Below, in pieces: positions 44,823-54,526 of a DNA stretch of 64,000 bases (position 1 is its first letter; each line of letters begins with the position of its first letter). The stretch is from Candidatus Multivoradales bacterium (GTDB taxonomy: Bacteria > Acidobacteriota > Thermoanaerobaculia > Multivoradales > JAHEKO01): NCBI GenBank assembly GCA_965248055.1, contig CBDFIJ010000004.1:192001-256000 (forward strand). Direction: 5' to 3'. The notes beneath the pieces are model-generated. The model ran no database searches, was not told where the DNA came from, and was given only the letters and a program-made list of their open reading frames with translations. The position numbers were made by a program, and so were the translations under genes.

Positions 44823-46263
44823 GCTGGAAGAGACGCAGCCAGAGTCGAATCCCCTGCAGTCAAATCCACAGGTTGAGACCAAGAAACAGCGCAGCTGGCT
44901 GCGGACCGCTCTAACCAGCTCGCAAGAAGACTTCACCAGAGGCAATCTCAACCGTGCGGTATTCCTGCTGGCGATTCCGATGATGGTGGAAATGGCTGGG
45001 GAATCACTGTTTGCCGTGGTTGACGCCTACTTTGTCACCCGCCTCGGGGCCTCTGCGCTCTCGACCGTCGGGCTTACCGAATCTCTGCTCTACATCATCT
45101 ACTCGATCGCGGTTGGACTGGCGATGGCGACTACCGCTTTGGTCGCCCGCCGGATCGGCGCGGGGGAATCGCGGCGGGCCTCTCGGGCCGCAGCACAAAG
45201 TATCGGCGTCGGAGTAGCGCTGGCGGGGATTCTTGGGGTGGTCGGCATCATCGCCGCACCACAACTCTTGAATCTGTTGGGCGCCAGCGAGCAGATCGTC
45301 AACGTGGGATCCGGCTACACCCGCATCATGCTCGGCGGCATGGTGACGGTGATGCTCTTGTTCTTGATCAACGCGGCCTTTCGCGGAGCGGGCGATGCCA
45401 CCATCGCCATGAAGGCACTGTGGATCGCCAATATCGCCAACATCATCCTCGATCCCTGTCTAATTTTCGGTTGGGGGCCGTTCCCCGAACTGGGATTAAC
45501 CGGGGCAGCGATCGCCACCACTACCGGCCGAGGTCTCGGCGTCGCCTATCAACTGACGAAGTTGCTGGGCAAGAGCGGCCGCCTGCGCCCACTGCTGGCC
45601 GACTTTCTACCGCGTTGGAACGTGGTCGGCAAGCTGCTACGGGTCGCCTCCGGCGGAATCAGCCAAAACCTGATCGCGACCTCCAGTTGGATCTTCCTGA
45701 TTCGCATCATGACCCGCTCCGGCGAAGACGCACTTGGCGGTTACGTGCTGGCGATTCGTATCGTCATCTTTGCTTTGCTGCCCGCTTGGGGCTTGGCCAA
45801 CGCCGCCGCGACCCTGGTCGGGCAAAACCTCGGTGCCAAGCAACCTCAGCGAGCCGAGCGTTCTGTGTGGCGTGCAGGAACCTTCAACATGATCTTTCTG
45901 GGTCTGGTGAGCTTGGTGTTCTTCCTGCGACCGGAATGGGTGGTCGGCATCTTTGATCCACCCCAAGCTGTGGCAACTTATGCCGCTCATTGCCTGCGGG
46001 TGCTGGCATACGGTTATGTGTTCTACGCCTGGGAGATGGTGCTGGTGCAGGCCTTCAATGGCGCCGGCGATACCGCCACCCCAACCTGGATCAATCTGGG
46101 CTGTTTCTGGTGCTTCCAGATTCCCTTGGCCTATTACCTGGCGGTGGTCAGCGATTGGGGTCCGACAGGCGTGTTCTGGGCAATTACCGTCTCCTACGCA
46201 CTCTCGACGCTGGTCGCGATGACCCTGTTCCAGCGCGGCAGCTGGAAGACCAAGGTTATTTAA
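44821..46263 (+). CDS. MATE family efflux transporter
   Basis: LAIPM..E, FRGAGDA, NIILDP.LIFG, GQNLGA, FNGAGDT; ~12 TM segments. Confidence 0.93.
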   Translation: MLEETQPESNPLQSNPQVETKKQRSWLRTALTSSQEDFTRGNLNRAVFLLAIPMMVEMAGESLFAVVDAYFVTRLGASALSTVGLTESLLYIIYSIAVGLAMATTALVARRIGAGESRRASRAAAQSIGVGVALAGILGVVGIIAAPQLLNLLGASEQIVNVGSGYTRIMLGGMVTVMLLFLINAAFRGAGDATIAMKALWIANIANIILDPCLIFGWGPFPELGLTGAAIATTTGRGLGVAYQLTKLLGKSGRLRPLLADFLPRWNVVGKLLRVASGGISQNLIATSSWIFLIRIMTRSGEDALGGYVLAIRIVIFALLPAWGLANAAATLVGQNLGAKQPQRAERSVWRAGTFNMIFLGLVSLVFFLRPEWVVGIFDPPQAVATYAAHCLRVLAYGYVFYAWEMVLVQAFNGAGDTATPTWINLGCFWCFQIPLAYYLAVVSDWGPTGVFWAITVSYALSTLVAMTLFQRGSWKTKVI

Positions 46264-46273
46264 GGCGTGTCGC

Positions 46274-49200
46274 CTAGGGGTTCCAGGTGGGAATCCGACC
46301 CGGCGTCCACGGTGCACCAGCCGCCTCCATCCCGGACTCAAGCTGCGGCAGATCGTCGACTGCCAATGCACGAATCTCAGCCAGCACTGCCGGAAATGCT
46401 TGGGCGACAATCTCGTAGCCACGTCGTTGGGTGGTGGTGGGCGCAGAGCTAGTGGTCCACAGCCCCGACACCACATGTTCCAACCGCGCCTGGATCGAGG
46501 GGGGGGTTGGCTCGTAGCGCGCAGAGACGCTGGAGTCCCCAGTCAAGCTGACCTTGAGCTGATCAATACGGCTCTCGATTTGTTCGATTTGCTCCAACCA
46601 TGGGGCAGAGGCTTCAGGGATGAACAATGCCGCCTGGCGCAGATGCGCAATTCGCGAATCCAACTCCTCGACGACTTTCCCCGAACCTTGTACCGCGCGC
46701 TGCAAAGCAGCGACTTGGCGCTGAAACGCGGTCACTTCTTGGACATCCTTGGCAGCCAAAGTGGCAGTACCAATCGACACAATTTCAAACGATTGCGCCT
46801 GTGCCAACTCACTCCAGGATCCGTTCTGCCATTTGGCCAGCGACACCGAGTAGCTGCCGGGGGCTGCCAGTGGTCCGATCGGTGGACCAGAAAAGAAATT
46901 ACTCACCGGTGGCGTCAAATTGATTGGATCGCTTGGTGCGTAGCGCAAATCCCAAGCCACTCGATGCAGTCCAGCTTCAACCGGCGCGCTTAGTTGGCGC
47001 ACGATCTGCCCTTCGACATCGCGCACTGTCAAGACCACTTGAGGATCGGCCTCGCGATCCTCTGCGCGCAACTGCTGCCAATCCGGGTAGCCGCCGTCCG
47101 CCGCCTCAGCTTCCTCTTCGATGCGACGACGAGTCTGCTGCAAGCTCTCGACTGTTTCACCTAGGTGATAGCTCAGCATCGCACCGTTGGGCGGATTGTC
47201 CGCAGAATAGAAATTGTCGCCTTGGAACGCCTTCTGGCGATAGCCCAACTCGTAGGTCGTGCGATACATCCAGGAACTTCGCGGCTGGAACAACTGCGCA
47301 GGCTCCTCAATAGAGCTGGCAGTGATCGCCCTCAGCGGCGAGTAGTCGTCAAGCACATAAATCCCACGGCCAAAAGTGCCGACCACCAGATCACTCTCTC
47401 GACGCTGAATTTCTAGGTCACGCACCGCGACCACCGGCAGGCCACCTTTGAGCTGAAGCCACTCACCGCCACCATTCAGGCTGGTCCAAAGTCCGAACTC
47501 GGTGCCAGCGAACAGCAGGTTTGGCTGTTGGTGATCTTCAACAATCGCCAGCGCCTCGCCGCGCTCTGGCAGGTTGCCGCTAATCATCGTCCAGCTGCGA
47601 CCCCGGTCAATCGATTTCAACAAGTAAGGATGAAAGTCACCGCTCTTGTGGTTTTCGATCGCCGCATAGACGGTATCTGGATCATGCAGCGACGCTTCCA
47701 GATCGGCGACGTACGCCTTCTCAGGGACTCCGCTAATCTTCTCAACTGGAACCCAAGTGTCGCCTCCATCTTCGGTGATCTGAATCAAACCATCGTCGGT
47801 CCCGGCGTAGATCAATCCCTCCACCAGCGGCGACTCTGAGAGCGAAACCACGGTGCCAAAAAACGACGTCGAACGGTTCTTGGCCACCGTGTCGACTCCC
47901 CAGACCTTGCCCATCACCGCCAGTTTGTTGCGGTCCAGATTGCGGGTCAGGTCATCACTGATTGGCTGCCAAGTGTTGCCTCGATCGTTGCTACGGTAGA
48001 TTCTCTGACTGGCGTAATACAACCGCTGTCCAGAGTGCGGACTGATCAACAACGCAGAGTCCCAGTTCCAGCGCGGGGGAGCCTCGTCTGCCTCGGGTTG
48101 CGGCTTAATATCGGTCAATTCGCCGCTCGCTCGGTCGTAACGCACTAGGCCGCCGTACTGCCACTGGGAGTACACGATGTCCGGGTTATCCGGATCTACC
48201 GCTGGGTCGAAACCGTCGCCACCCACAGTGACGTACCAGTCGCGGTTACTGATGCCGTGTTCTGAGGTCGTGCGTGATGGACCGCCCAGGGTGGAGTTGT
48301 CCTGGGTGCCGCCGTAGACGTTGTAGAAAGGCAAGTCGTTGTCTACCGCGATTTTGTAGAACTGAGTAATCGGTAGGCTCGCCATGAACTCCCAAGACGC
48401 GCCACGATCCCAGGTTTCATAGACCCCACCGTCGCAGCCCGACACCAGATGATCCAAGTTGTCAGGATCGATCCACAAGGCATGGTTGTCAACGTGCTTG
48501 GTCTTTTCGGGTACCTTAGCAAAGGTAGCGCCGCCATCCTCTGTGACATGCAGCCAAGTATCCATCGAATATACCCGTTCTCGATTCTGCGGATCAGGAA
48601 CCAGTTCGTTGTAGTACTGCGGGCTACCGCTTACGTAGTCGCTGCGTTTCTCCCAATTCAGCCCCGAGTCGGTGGAACGAAAAACACCGCCCTCTTCATC
48701 GATCGACTCGATGATCGCGTACATATAATTTGGATCGGCGGGGGACACCGCGAGGCCGATCTTGCCCAGCTCAGCGGTCGGCAAACCGGCTTCGATCTTG
48801 CTCCAAGTGGCGCCCGCATCCGCAGAGCGATAAATCGCCGATTCTGGACCGCCGTCAATCAACGTCCAGGTGTGACGACGGCGCTGGTAGCTGGATGCAA
48901 TCAGTACATCCGGGTTATCGGGCTGGATCCAGACCTCGTTGACCCCGGTGTGCTCGGAAATTTCCAATACTTTCTCCCAGTTTTCTCCCCCATCCACCGT
49001 TTTGTACAGGCCTCGATCCCCACCGGCCCTCCACAACGGCCCCTGAGCGGCTACATAGACCACTTGGGAGTTGCGCCGATCCACCACAATCCGGCCAATG
49101 TGTTCCGATTCTGGTAGGCCCATGTGCTTCCAGGTCTGTCCACCGTCCATCGACTTATAGACGCCATCGCCATAGCCAACGCTACGCTGCGAGTTATTTT

Positions 49201-49588
49201 CACCAGTGCCCAACCACAACACCTGCGGGTTGTTGGGGTCCATGGTGATGCAACCGATCGAGTACGAACCGGCACTATCGGTGAATGGGCCGTCGAAAAT
49301 CGGTAGCCAAGTGGTGCCGGCGTTTTCGGTCTTCCAGACGCCACCGGATGCCGCACTGACGATCCACTCATGTTTGCGCTCGGGATGCACCACAAGGTCG
49401 CTGATGCGTCCGGAGGCGATCGCTGGACCGAGAGCGCGCAAGGACAATCCAGCCAGTAGATCGGCATTGAGCTTCGGTTGTTCCTCAGCCGCACTTTCTT
49501 GCGCTCCGGCGCGGGCCCCAACATCGGCAAAACCGTTGACCAACAACGCACCTGCGAGCCATGAAGTTAAGAAAATTCTGTTCGCCAT
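46274..49588 (-). CDS. Secreted BNR/Asp-box (VPS10-like) beta-propeller glycosyl hydrolase-like protein
   Basis: Signal peptide; ~11 S/T.D.G.TW Asp-boxes; GGTQDNS, GGDGF, GTFGRG; C-terminal coiled coil. Confidence 0.85.
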   Translation of the reverse strand: MANRIFLTSWLAGALLVNGFADVGARAGAQESAAEEQPKLNADLLAGLSLRALGPAIASGRISDLVVHPERKHEWIVSAASGGVWKTENAGTTWLPIFDGPFTDSAGSYSIGCITMDPNNPQVLWLGTGENNSQRSVGYGDGVYKSMDGGQTWKHMGLPESEHIGRIVVDRRNSQVVYVAAQGPLWRAGGDRGLYKTVDGGENWEKVLEISEHTGVNEVWIQPDNPDVLIASSYQRRRHTWTLIDGGPESAIYRSADAGATWSKIEAGLPTAELGKIGLAVSPADPNYMYAIIESIDEEGGVFRSTDSGLNWEKRSDYVSGSPQYYNELVPDPQNRERVYSMDTWLHVTEDGGATFAKVPEKTKHVDNHALWIDPDNLDHLVSGCDGGVYETWDRGASWEFMASLPITQFYKIAVDNDLPFYNVYGGTQDNSTLGGPSRTTSEHGISNRDWYVTVGGDGFDPAVDPDNPDIVYSQWQYGGLVRYDRASGELTDIKPQPEADEAPPRWNWDSALLISPHSGQRLYYASQRIYRSNDRGNTWQPISDDLTRNLDRNKLAVMGKVWGVDTVAKNRSTSFFGTVVSLSESPLVEGLIYAGTDDGLIQITEDGGDTWVPVEKISGVPEKAYVADLEASLHDPDTVYAAIENHKSGDFHPYLLKSIDRGRSWTMISGNLPERGEALAIVEDHQQPNLLFAGTEFGLWTSLNGGGEWLQLKGGLPVVAVRDLEIQRRESDLVVGTFGRGIYVLDDYSPLRAITASSIEEPAQLFQPRSSWMYRTTYELGYRQKAFQGDNFYSADNPPNGAMLSYHLGETVESLQQTRRRIEEEAEAADGGYPDWQQLRAEDREADPQVVLTVRDVEGQIVRQLSAPVEAGLHRVAWDLRYAPSDPINLTPPVSNFFSGPPIGPLAAPGSYSVSLAKWQNGSWSELAQAQSFEIVSIGTATLAAKDVQEVTAFQRQVAALQRAVQGSGKVVEELDSRIAHLRQAALFIPEASAPWLEQIEQIESRIDQLKVSLTGDSSVSARYEPTPPSIQARLEHVVSGLWTTSSAPTTTQRRGYEIVAQAFPAVLAEIRALAVDDLPQLESGMEAAGAPWTPGRIPTWNP

Positions 49589-49650
49589 GCGCTATCTCCC
49601 AAAAATATTTCGAGGGCTTCATTCCTCGGCCACGGTCGCTTGTCGATGGT

Positions 49651-50835
49651 TTACAGCGACTCAACCAAGATTGCAATCCCCTGACCACCACCGATGCACG
49701 CTGAGGCAATCCCCACCCCTCCGCCGCGGCGCTTGAGCTCCTGCAACAGGGTGTAGGTGATGCGGGTGCCGGTTGCACCCAAAGGATGCCCCAGAGCGAT
49801 CGCACCACCGTTGACATTGAGCTTGTCGACATCCAAGTCCAGCTCGCGAATCACCGCCAGGATCTGGCCGGCAAACGCTTCGTTGATTTCGATCAAGTCA
49901 ACATCACCGAGATCCATCCCTGCATTGGCGAGCAACTTCCGAATCGCCGGTGCCGGACCGATGCCCATGCGCGATGGATCAACACCCACTACGCTCCAGC
50001 CCAAAATCCGACCCAGAAGCTGTGCCCCGTCTGCGGTTGCCCGTTCACCGCTAGTGAGAACCATCATCGCTGCCCCGTCAACGATTCCGGAAGCGTTACC
50101 CCCGGTGACAAATCCATCGTCGTCGAAAGCGGTCGCCAGTTTCGCCAACACCTCAATCGTGGTGTCCGGCCGCAGATGATCATCTCGGTCAACCGTCCGT
50201 GCCCGCTTGCCACGGCCGACCTCTATGGGCGTGACCTCTTCGGCCAGTCGACCACTTTCCCAAGCCGCCGCAGCGCGCTGCTGACTGATCACCGCAAAAG
50301 CATCCTGTTGCTCGCGCGTGATGTCGTAGTCGCGGGCCAAATTGTTCGAAGTCTGAGCCATGTAGCAGCCACAGTACGGGTCGTAGAGGGCGATCATCAG
50401 CAGGTCTTGCAGCTTGCCCTGGCCCAGTTTCAGCCCGGTGCGCGCACCCCAAATGCAATGAGGGGCTTGGCTCATGTTCTCCATCCCACCGACCAAACAA
50501 ACCTGCGCCTCGCCTCCCTGGATCAAGTGGGCTCCCGAGATAATCGATTGGATACCAGAACCACACAGCCGGTTGACGGTCAGAGCGGGAACTTCATTGG
50601 CGACCCCTGCCTTGAGCGCCACGTGACGCGCCCCGTAAATCGCGTCCGGCGAGGTCTGCAGAGCGTTGCCGACGATGGTGTGATCGATGGTCTCGGGTTC
50701 AAAGCCAGAGCGCTCCATCGCCGCCTTGGCCGCGTATGCACCCAAGTCGATCGCCGAGACCCCGGCGAAGTGGCCGTTGTACTCCGTCATTGCGGTTCGG
50801 GCGCCGTTGACTAATACCAAATCCTTGTTGTTCAT
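49651..50835 (-). CDS. Acetyl-CoA C-acyltransferase (thiolase)
   Basis: NRLCGSG, EINEAFA, GHPLGATG, CIGGGQG. Confidence 0.95.
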   Translation of the reverse strand: MNNKDLVLVNGARTAMTEYNGHFAGVSAIDLGAYAAKAAMERSGFEPETIDHTIVGNALQTSPDAIYGARHVALKAGVANEVPALTVNRLCGSGIQSIISGAHLIQGGEAQVCLVGGMENMSQAPHCIWGARTGLKLGQGKLQDLLMIALYDPYCGCYMAQTSNNLARDYDITREQQDAFAVISQQRAAAAWESGRLAEEVTPIEVGRGKRARTVDRDDHLRPDTTIEVLAKLATAFDDDGFVTGGNASGIVDGAAMMVLTSGERATADGAQLLGRILGWSVVGVDPSRMGIGPAPAIRKLLANAGMDLGDVDLIEINEAFAGQILAVIRELDLDVDKLNVNGGAIALGHPLGATGTRITYTLLQELKRRGGGVGIASACIGGGQGIAILVESL

Positions 50836-50883
50836 CGATAGATTTCCTTGTAGCAAGTAGTGCGCTTCTCTAAGTCTTGTATC

Positions 50884-51963
50884 CTAAATCCTGTATTTGA
50901 GCGCCAGACCGTGAAACTCCCGTCGGGCCTCTGCAAGAGTATCGGATAGCGTCAAGCGGTGCGCCAACATCACCATCACCCGTTCGCTGGATGGGTCGAT
51001 CCATAGGCTGCATCCGGTAAACCCGTTGTGTCCAAAGGCGAGCTTTTCCAGTCCGTCCAGTGTCTTGTCGGCTCGCCACCAGCCCAAGGCATACCGGCCC
51101 GGTCCTGCAATCCCTTCGTCCACAGCATCTTGAGGAAGCCTACGCGGTGCCATCCATTCGACCCCCAACGCCAGAACACTCGCCAAATCGCCGAACATGC
51201 CAGCGTGCCCCAGTGTTGAATGGCCCAGTGTCGAGAGTACGCGGGCGTTACCATCCTGTGGAATCCCGCAATAGACCTGCCGAGATTTCGGAACCTCGAT
51301 ATCCAGTTCCGCCGCAAACTCGACTTCGCGTTGATTGGAGAGATAGGTTCCAGCGGTGTGCTCCAGAACTGGCAAATAGGTCGGCAACGGCGACAGCACC
51401 GGATCCAGAGTCGGAAGGACGGCGTGTCCCGCTCGCTGCGCCAAGATCGACCACAGAATCGGACCCAGGTCGCTGTAAGTTCCATCCTGCCCGTTTTTTG
51501 GAGGAGCGAGCCACAGCCTCGGATCGCGAAATCGACTGTCAGCCAGGTCTCCAGATCGGTCTTCGGTGTAGAACGGAAACCAGGGGATGAGCCCTGAACG
51601 GTGACGCAGCAGGGAGTCGAGCAGCAGCTTGCTCGCCGGTTCGGGCAACTCCTCAACCAGAGTGCCCAGGGGCGTAGCCAAGGGCAGCTCACCAGCTTCA
51701 TCGAGCAGTAGTGCCGCGGTTGCCGTGAAAGGCTTGGTCAAAGAGGCCAAGTCGAACACCGTGCTGAGAGTCGCAAGTTGGCGGTCAACCCCCTCAACAA
51801 CGGTCGGTTGTTGCCAACCCTTGGCCGCGTAGCGAACACGCTGACCATCGCAGACCCCGACAACCACAGCCGAAACTTCGCCGGAGGCGCAGACTTGGCT
51901 GGCAAAGGTGGCCAGTCGTCGAGACTCTACGAACTCCAGTTTTACTGAGGATTTCACCAACAA
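50884..51963 (-). CDS. Serine hydrolase (beta-lactamase/class C-like family)
   Basis: FDLASLTK (SxxK), LLRHRSGL, YSD, GHAGMF, GHNGFTG. Confidence 0.85.
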   Translation of the reverse strand: MLVKSSVKLEFVESRRLATFASQVCASGEVSAVVVGVCDGQRVRYAAKGWQQPTVVEGVDRQLATLSTVFDLASLTKPFTATAALLLDEAGELPLATPLGTLVEELPEPASKLLLDSLLRHRSGLIPWFPFYTEDRSGDLADSRFRDPRLWLAPPKNGQDGTYSDLGPILWSILAQRAGHAVLPTLDPVLSPLPTYLPVLEHTAGTYLSNQREVEFAAELDIEVPKSRQVYCGIPQDGNARVLSTLGHSTLGHAGMFGDLASVLALGVEWMAPRRLPQDAVDEGIAGPGRYALGWWRADKTLDGLEKLAFGHNGFTGCSLWIDPSSERVMVMLAHRLTLSDTLAEARREFHGLALKYRI

Positions 51964-51976
51964 CCTACCCCTAGCC

Positions 51977-53215
51977 TCAGGCGTAATTGGCCGGATGGCC
52001 GGTCTGGAACACCACTACGGATTGCCCAGCCTTGATGTATCCAGCCTCGACCAGTTGCTCCAGCGCTAACAACGCCGCCGCACCCTCGGGACCAACGACT
52101 AAGCCGTGAGTGCGCGTCGCTTGCGTCGCTCGAGGCGCTATCTCTGCTTCCGGCACCGCGACCGCCTGGCCGCCGGACTCGCGCAGCGCCCGCAAAGTCA
52201 ACCGGTCGCCAATCGCGTGCGGCACTTTCAGCCCCCAAGCTTCGGTGCTCGGAGCGCTCCAAGCCGTGGTCTCGACCTCGCCCGAGTCAAACGCGGCGAC
52301 CAAAGGTGCACAACCGTCCGACTGAACCGCAACCAACCGGGGACGTTGATCCAGAAGGCCGAGTTGCTCCAGTTCTCCAAACGCTTTGTGCATCGCCACG
52401 ATCCCGGTCCCGCCGCCAGTAGGAAAGAGAATCCAATCCGGCGCCCGCCACTGCAACTGTTCGATAAGCTCATAGCCAAGGGTCTTTTTGCCTTCCGCTC
52501 GGTAGGGCTCGCGCAGGGTGGCAAGGCTGAGCAACTCCTGCGGATCGTCGACCAAGACGCGACCGGCATCAACCAAAGTCTCTCCGGCAACGATCACCTC
52601 AGCGCCGAAATCCCGACAGCGATCAACCACCCGCTCCGGCGTGGACTGGGGAAGTGCCACCCGGCAGCGCAATCCGGCTGCGGCAGAGTAGGCAGCGGCG
52701 GCGATGCCGGCATTTCCTGCACTCGGCAACTCCACGCCCTCCACCCCGAGTTCCCGGGCACGGTTGATCGCCAGGGATAAACCTCGATCCTTGAACGATC
52801 CGGTCGGGTTGCTGGCTTCCTGTTTGAGATAGACCGAAATCAGACCATCTGCGGTGTCGATCAACTGAGCCCCTAATACAGGCCCCGGTAAAGGCCCCAA
52901 TAAAGGGGTAGCACCCTCGCCCAAGTCGACGCGCTGTTCTAGATTCCTCACTGGCAGCAACTCGGAGTAGCGCCACAAACTCCATGGGCGCTGGCGAAGC
53001 GCCTGTTTCCACTCACTCCCATCCAGCCCTTGGAGGTCATAGTCAACCAACCACGGTCGCCCACAGGAACAGAGGGTCTGCACCAGATCCATGTCGGCTC
53101 GATTGCCACATTCGGGACAGGCCAAGTCGCGCGCCCGGCTGGTGCCTAGATTCCAGTCCAGGTTGTCGCCCAGATTCTTGTGGGTACTGGTGTCGGTCAC
53201 TGGATTATCGGTCAT
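51977..53215 (-). CDS. thrC: Threonine synthase
   Basis: N-terminal CxxC...CxC, LWRY.ELLP, LGEG.TPL, NPTGSFKDRG, SAGNAG, EGKKT, PTGGGTG. Confidence 0.85.
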   Translation of the reverse strand: MTDNPVTDTSTHKNLGDNLDWNLGTSRARDLACPECGNRADMDLVQTLCSCGRPWLVDYDLQGLDGSEWKQALRQRPWSLWRYSELLPVRNLEQRVDLGEGATPLLGPLPGPVLGAQLIDTADGLISVYLKQEASNPTGSFKDRGLSLAINRARELGVEGVELPSAGNAGIAAAAYSAAAGLRCRVALPQSTPERVVDRCRDFGAEVIVAGETLVDAGRVLVDDPQELLSLATLREPYRAEGKKTLGYELIEQLQWRAPDWILFPTGGGTGIVAMHKAFGELEQLGLLDQRPRLVAVQSDGCAPLVAAFDSGEVETTAWSAPSTEAWGLKVPHAIGDRLTLRALRESGGQAVAVPEAEIAPRATQATRTHGLVVGPEGAAALLALEQLVEAGYIKAGQSVVVFQTGHPANYA

Positions 53216-53220
53216 TGGTG

Positions 53221-54489
53221 TTAACTCCTACTGCCCTGTCGAACTCTGAATCGGTCGATCGCCATTTGGTAGGCCTGGCGATAGCGTCCGGCAATCGCAT
53301 CCCAAGTGTGTCCTTCCACCGCACGCTGTCTTGACCTCTGCCCCATTTTCTGGCGTAACTCCCGATTACTGGCGACTTGCACCAGAGCCTCCACCAACGC
53401 CTCAGGATCCGCTTCCGCTACCAACCTGCCGTTGTCGCCATCGTCAATTGCCAGGGGAATCCCCGAGATTCCAGACGCCACCACCGGCAAACCAGTCGCC
53501 ATCGCTTCGAGGATCACATTGGGCAGGCCATCGACGTTGCCCTTGGCGTCGTGGACCGCGGGCAGAACAAACAAGTCTGAGGCGCGATAGAGAGCCGGCA
53601 AGCGGTCACGGTAAACGATGCCCGGAAAATGGACTCGATCGGCGAACTGCGCTGTGGCCGCCTGCAAGTCCTCTAAGAGATCACCACCCCCGGCGAAAAT
53701 CACGTGGAGGTCTTCGACCTCGGCCAGCAACTTGGCCAGGGCGGGCACCAAGTGCTGGTAGCCCTTCTTGGAAACCATTCTGCCAACCGACAACAACACC
53801 GTGGCCTCGAGCGGAATCTTCAGCTCCTGGCGCCATTGCCGCGCGTCTCCGGAATGCGAAACGCCCTGGGTCGATGGATCGTTGACTGGCGGGCAAAACT
53901 CTTCAATGTTGACCCCATAGGGGATCACTCGGCTACGTTCGGCGGGAAAGCCGACGGCGCAAACGCGATCCACCAGCTCGGGCGAGCACCCGGTCAAGGC
54001 ATCGACTGAGCGCAAGGCGTTCTTAGTCCAGGTCGAGATCCCTCTGCGCTCGGCCATGAATACATCGCTTCCGTGCAGGCCAACCGCGGTCGCAACGCGG
54101 TCTGCGATCGACGGCAGCAGCAAGCCGTTGGGCACGACCCAGTGAGCTTGCACCAAGTCGTAGTCGCCGGTGCGCACTTCGCGCTGCAAACACGTACGAG
54201 CGGCAGCCAAGTACAGCGGGGTGACCGCCATCGCACCAAACCTTGGTGTCTCGTCGCGCTCCAGGCTGCGGCTATAACCCAGTAGTTCCCACGCCTCCGG
54301 TGCGTAGCGAAAGGTTTCGACGTCGACCCCTTGATCGCTCCAAGAACGTTCCACTCCCTCGGCGTGCGGTGCCAGGACTTTGACCTGATCACCTCCGCGA
54401 ACCAAGCCTCGGGCAAGATCCCGAATAAAGGGTCCGGAGGTATCCCCGTCAAAGCGAGGATAGGTTTGGGTGAGAAATAGGATGCGCAG
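53221..54489 (-). CDS. Glycosyltransferase family 4 protein (probable CTG start)
   Basis: Frame extends upstream of 54405 as LRILFLTQTYPRFDGDTSGPFI; HWVVP, HGSD, DGLPNVILEAMA.G.PVV. Confidence 0.85.
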   Translation of the reverse strand: MRILFLTQTYPRFDGDTSGPFIRDLARGLVRGGDQVKVLAPHAEGVERSWSDQGVDVETFRYAPEAWELLGYSRSLERDETPRFGAMAVTPLYLAAARTCLQREVRTGDYDLVQAHWVVPNGLLLPSIADRVATAVGLHGSDVFMAERRGISTWTKNALRSVDALTGCSPELVDRVCAVGFPAERSRVIPYGVNIEEFCPPVNDPSTQGVSHSGDARQWRQELKIPLEATVLLSVGRMVSKKGYQHLVPALAKLLAEVEDLHVIFAGGGDLLEDLQAATAQFADRVHFPGIVYRDRLPALYRASDLFVLPAVHDAKGNVDGLPNVILEAMATGLPVVASGISGIPLAIDDGDNGRLVAEADPEALVEALVQVASNRELRQKMGQRSRQRAVEGHTWDAIAGRYRQAYQMAIDRFRVRQGSRS

Positions 54490-54526
54490 GGGACGACCTA
54501 ACGCCAGCGGCCAATAGAACGGTTGG

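Noticed and set aside
49786-50814. 342-aa antisense ORF opposite the thiolase (and similar shadow ORFs at 21430, 26761, 41126, 45637)
   Set aside because: No recognisable motifs; long antisense ORFs are expected from GC-rich codon bias.
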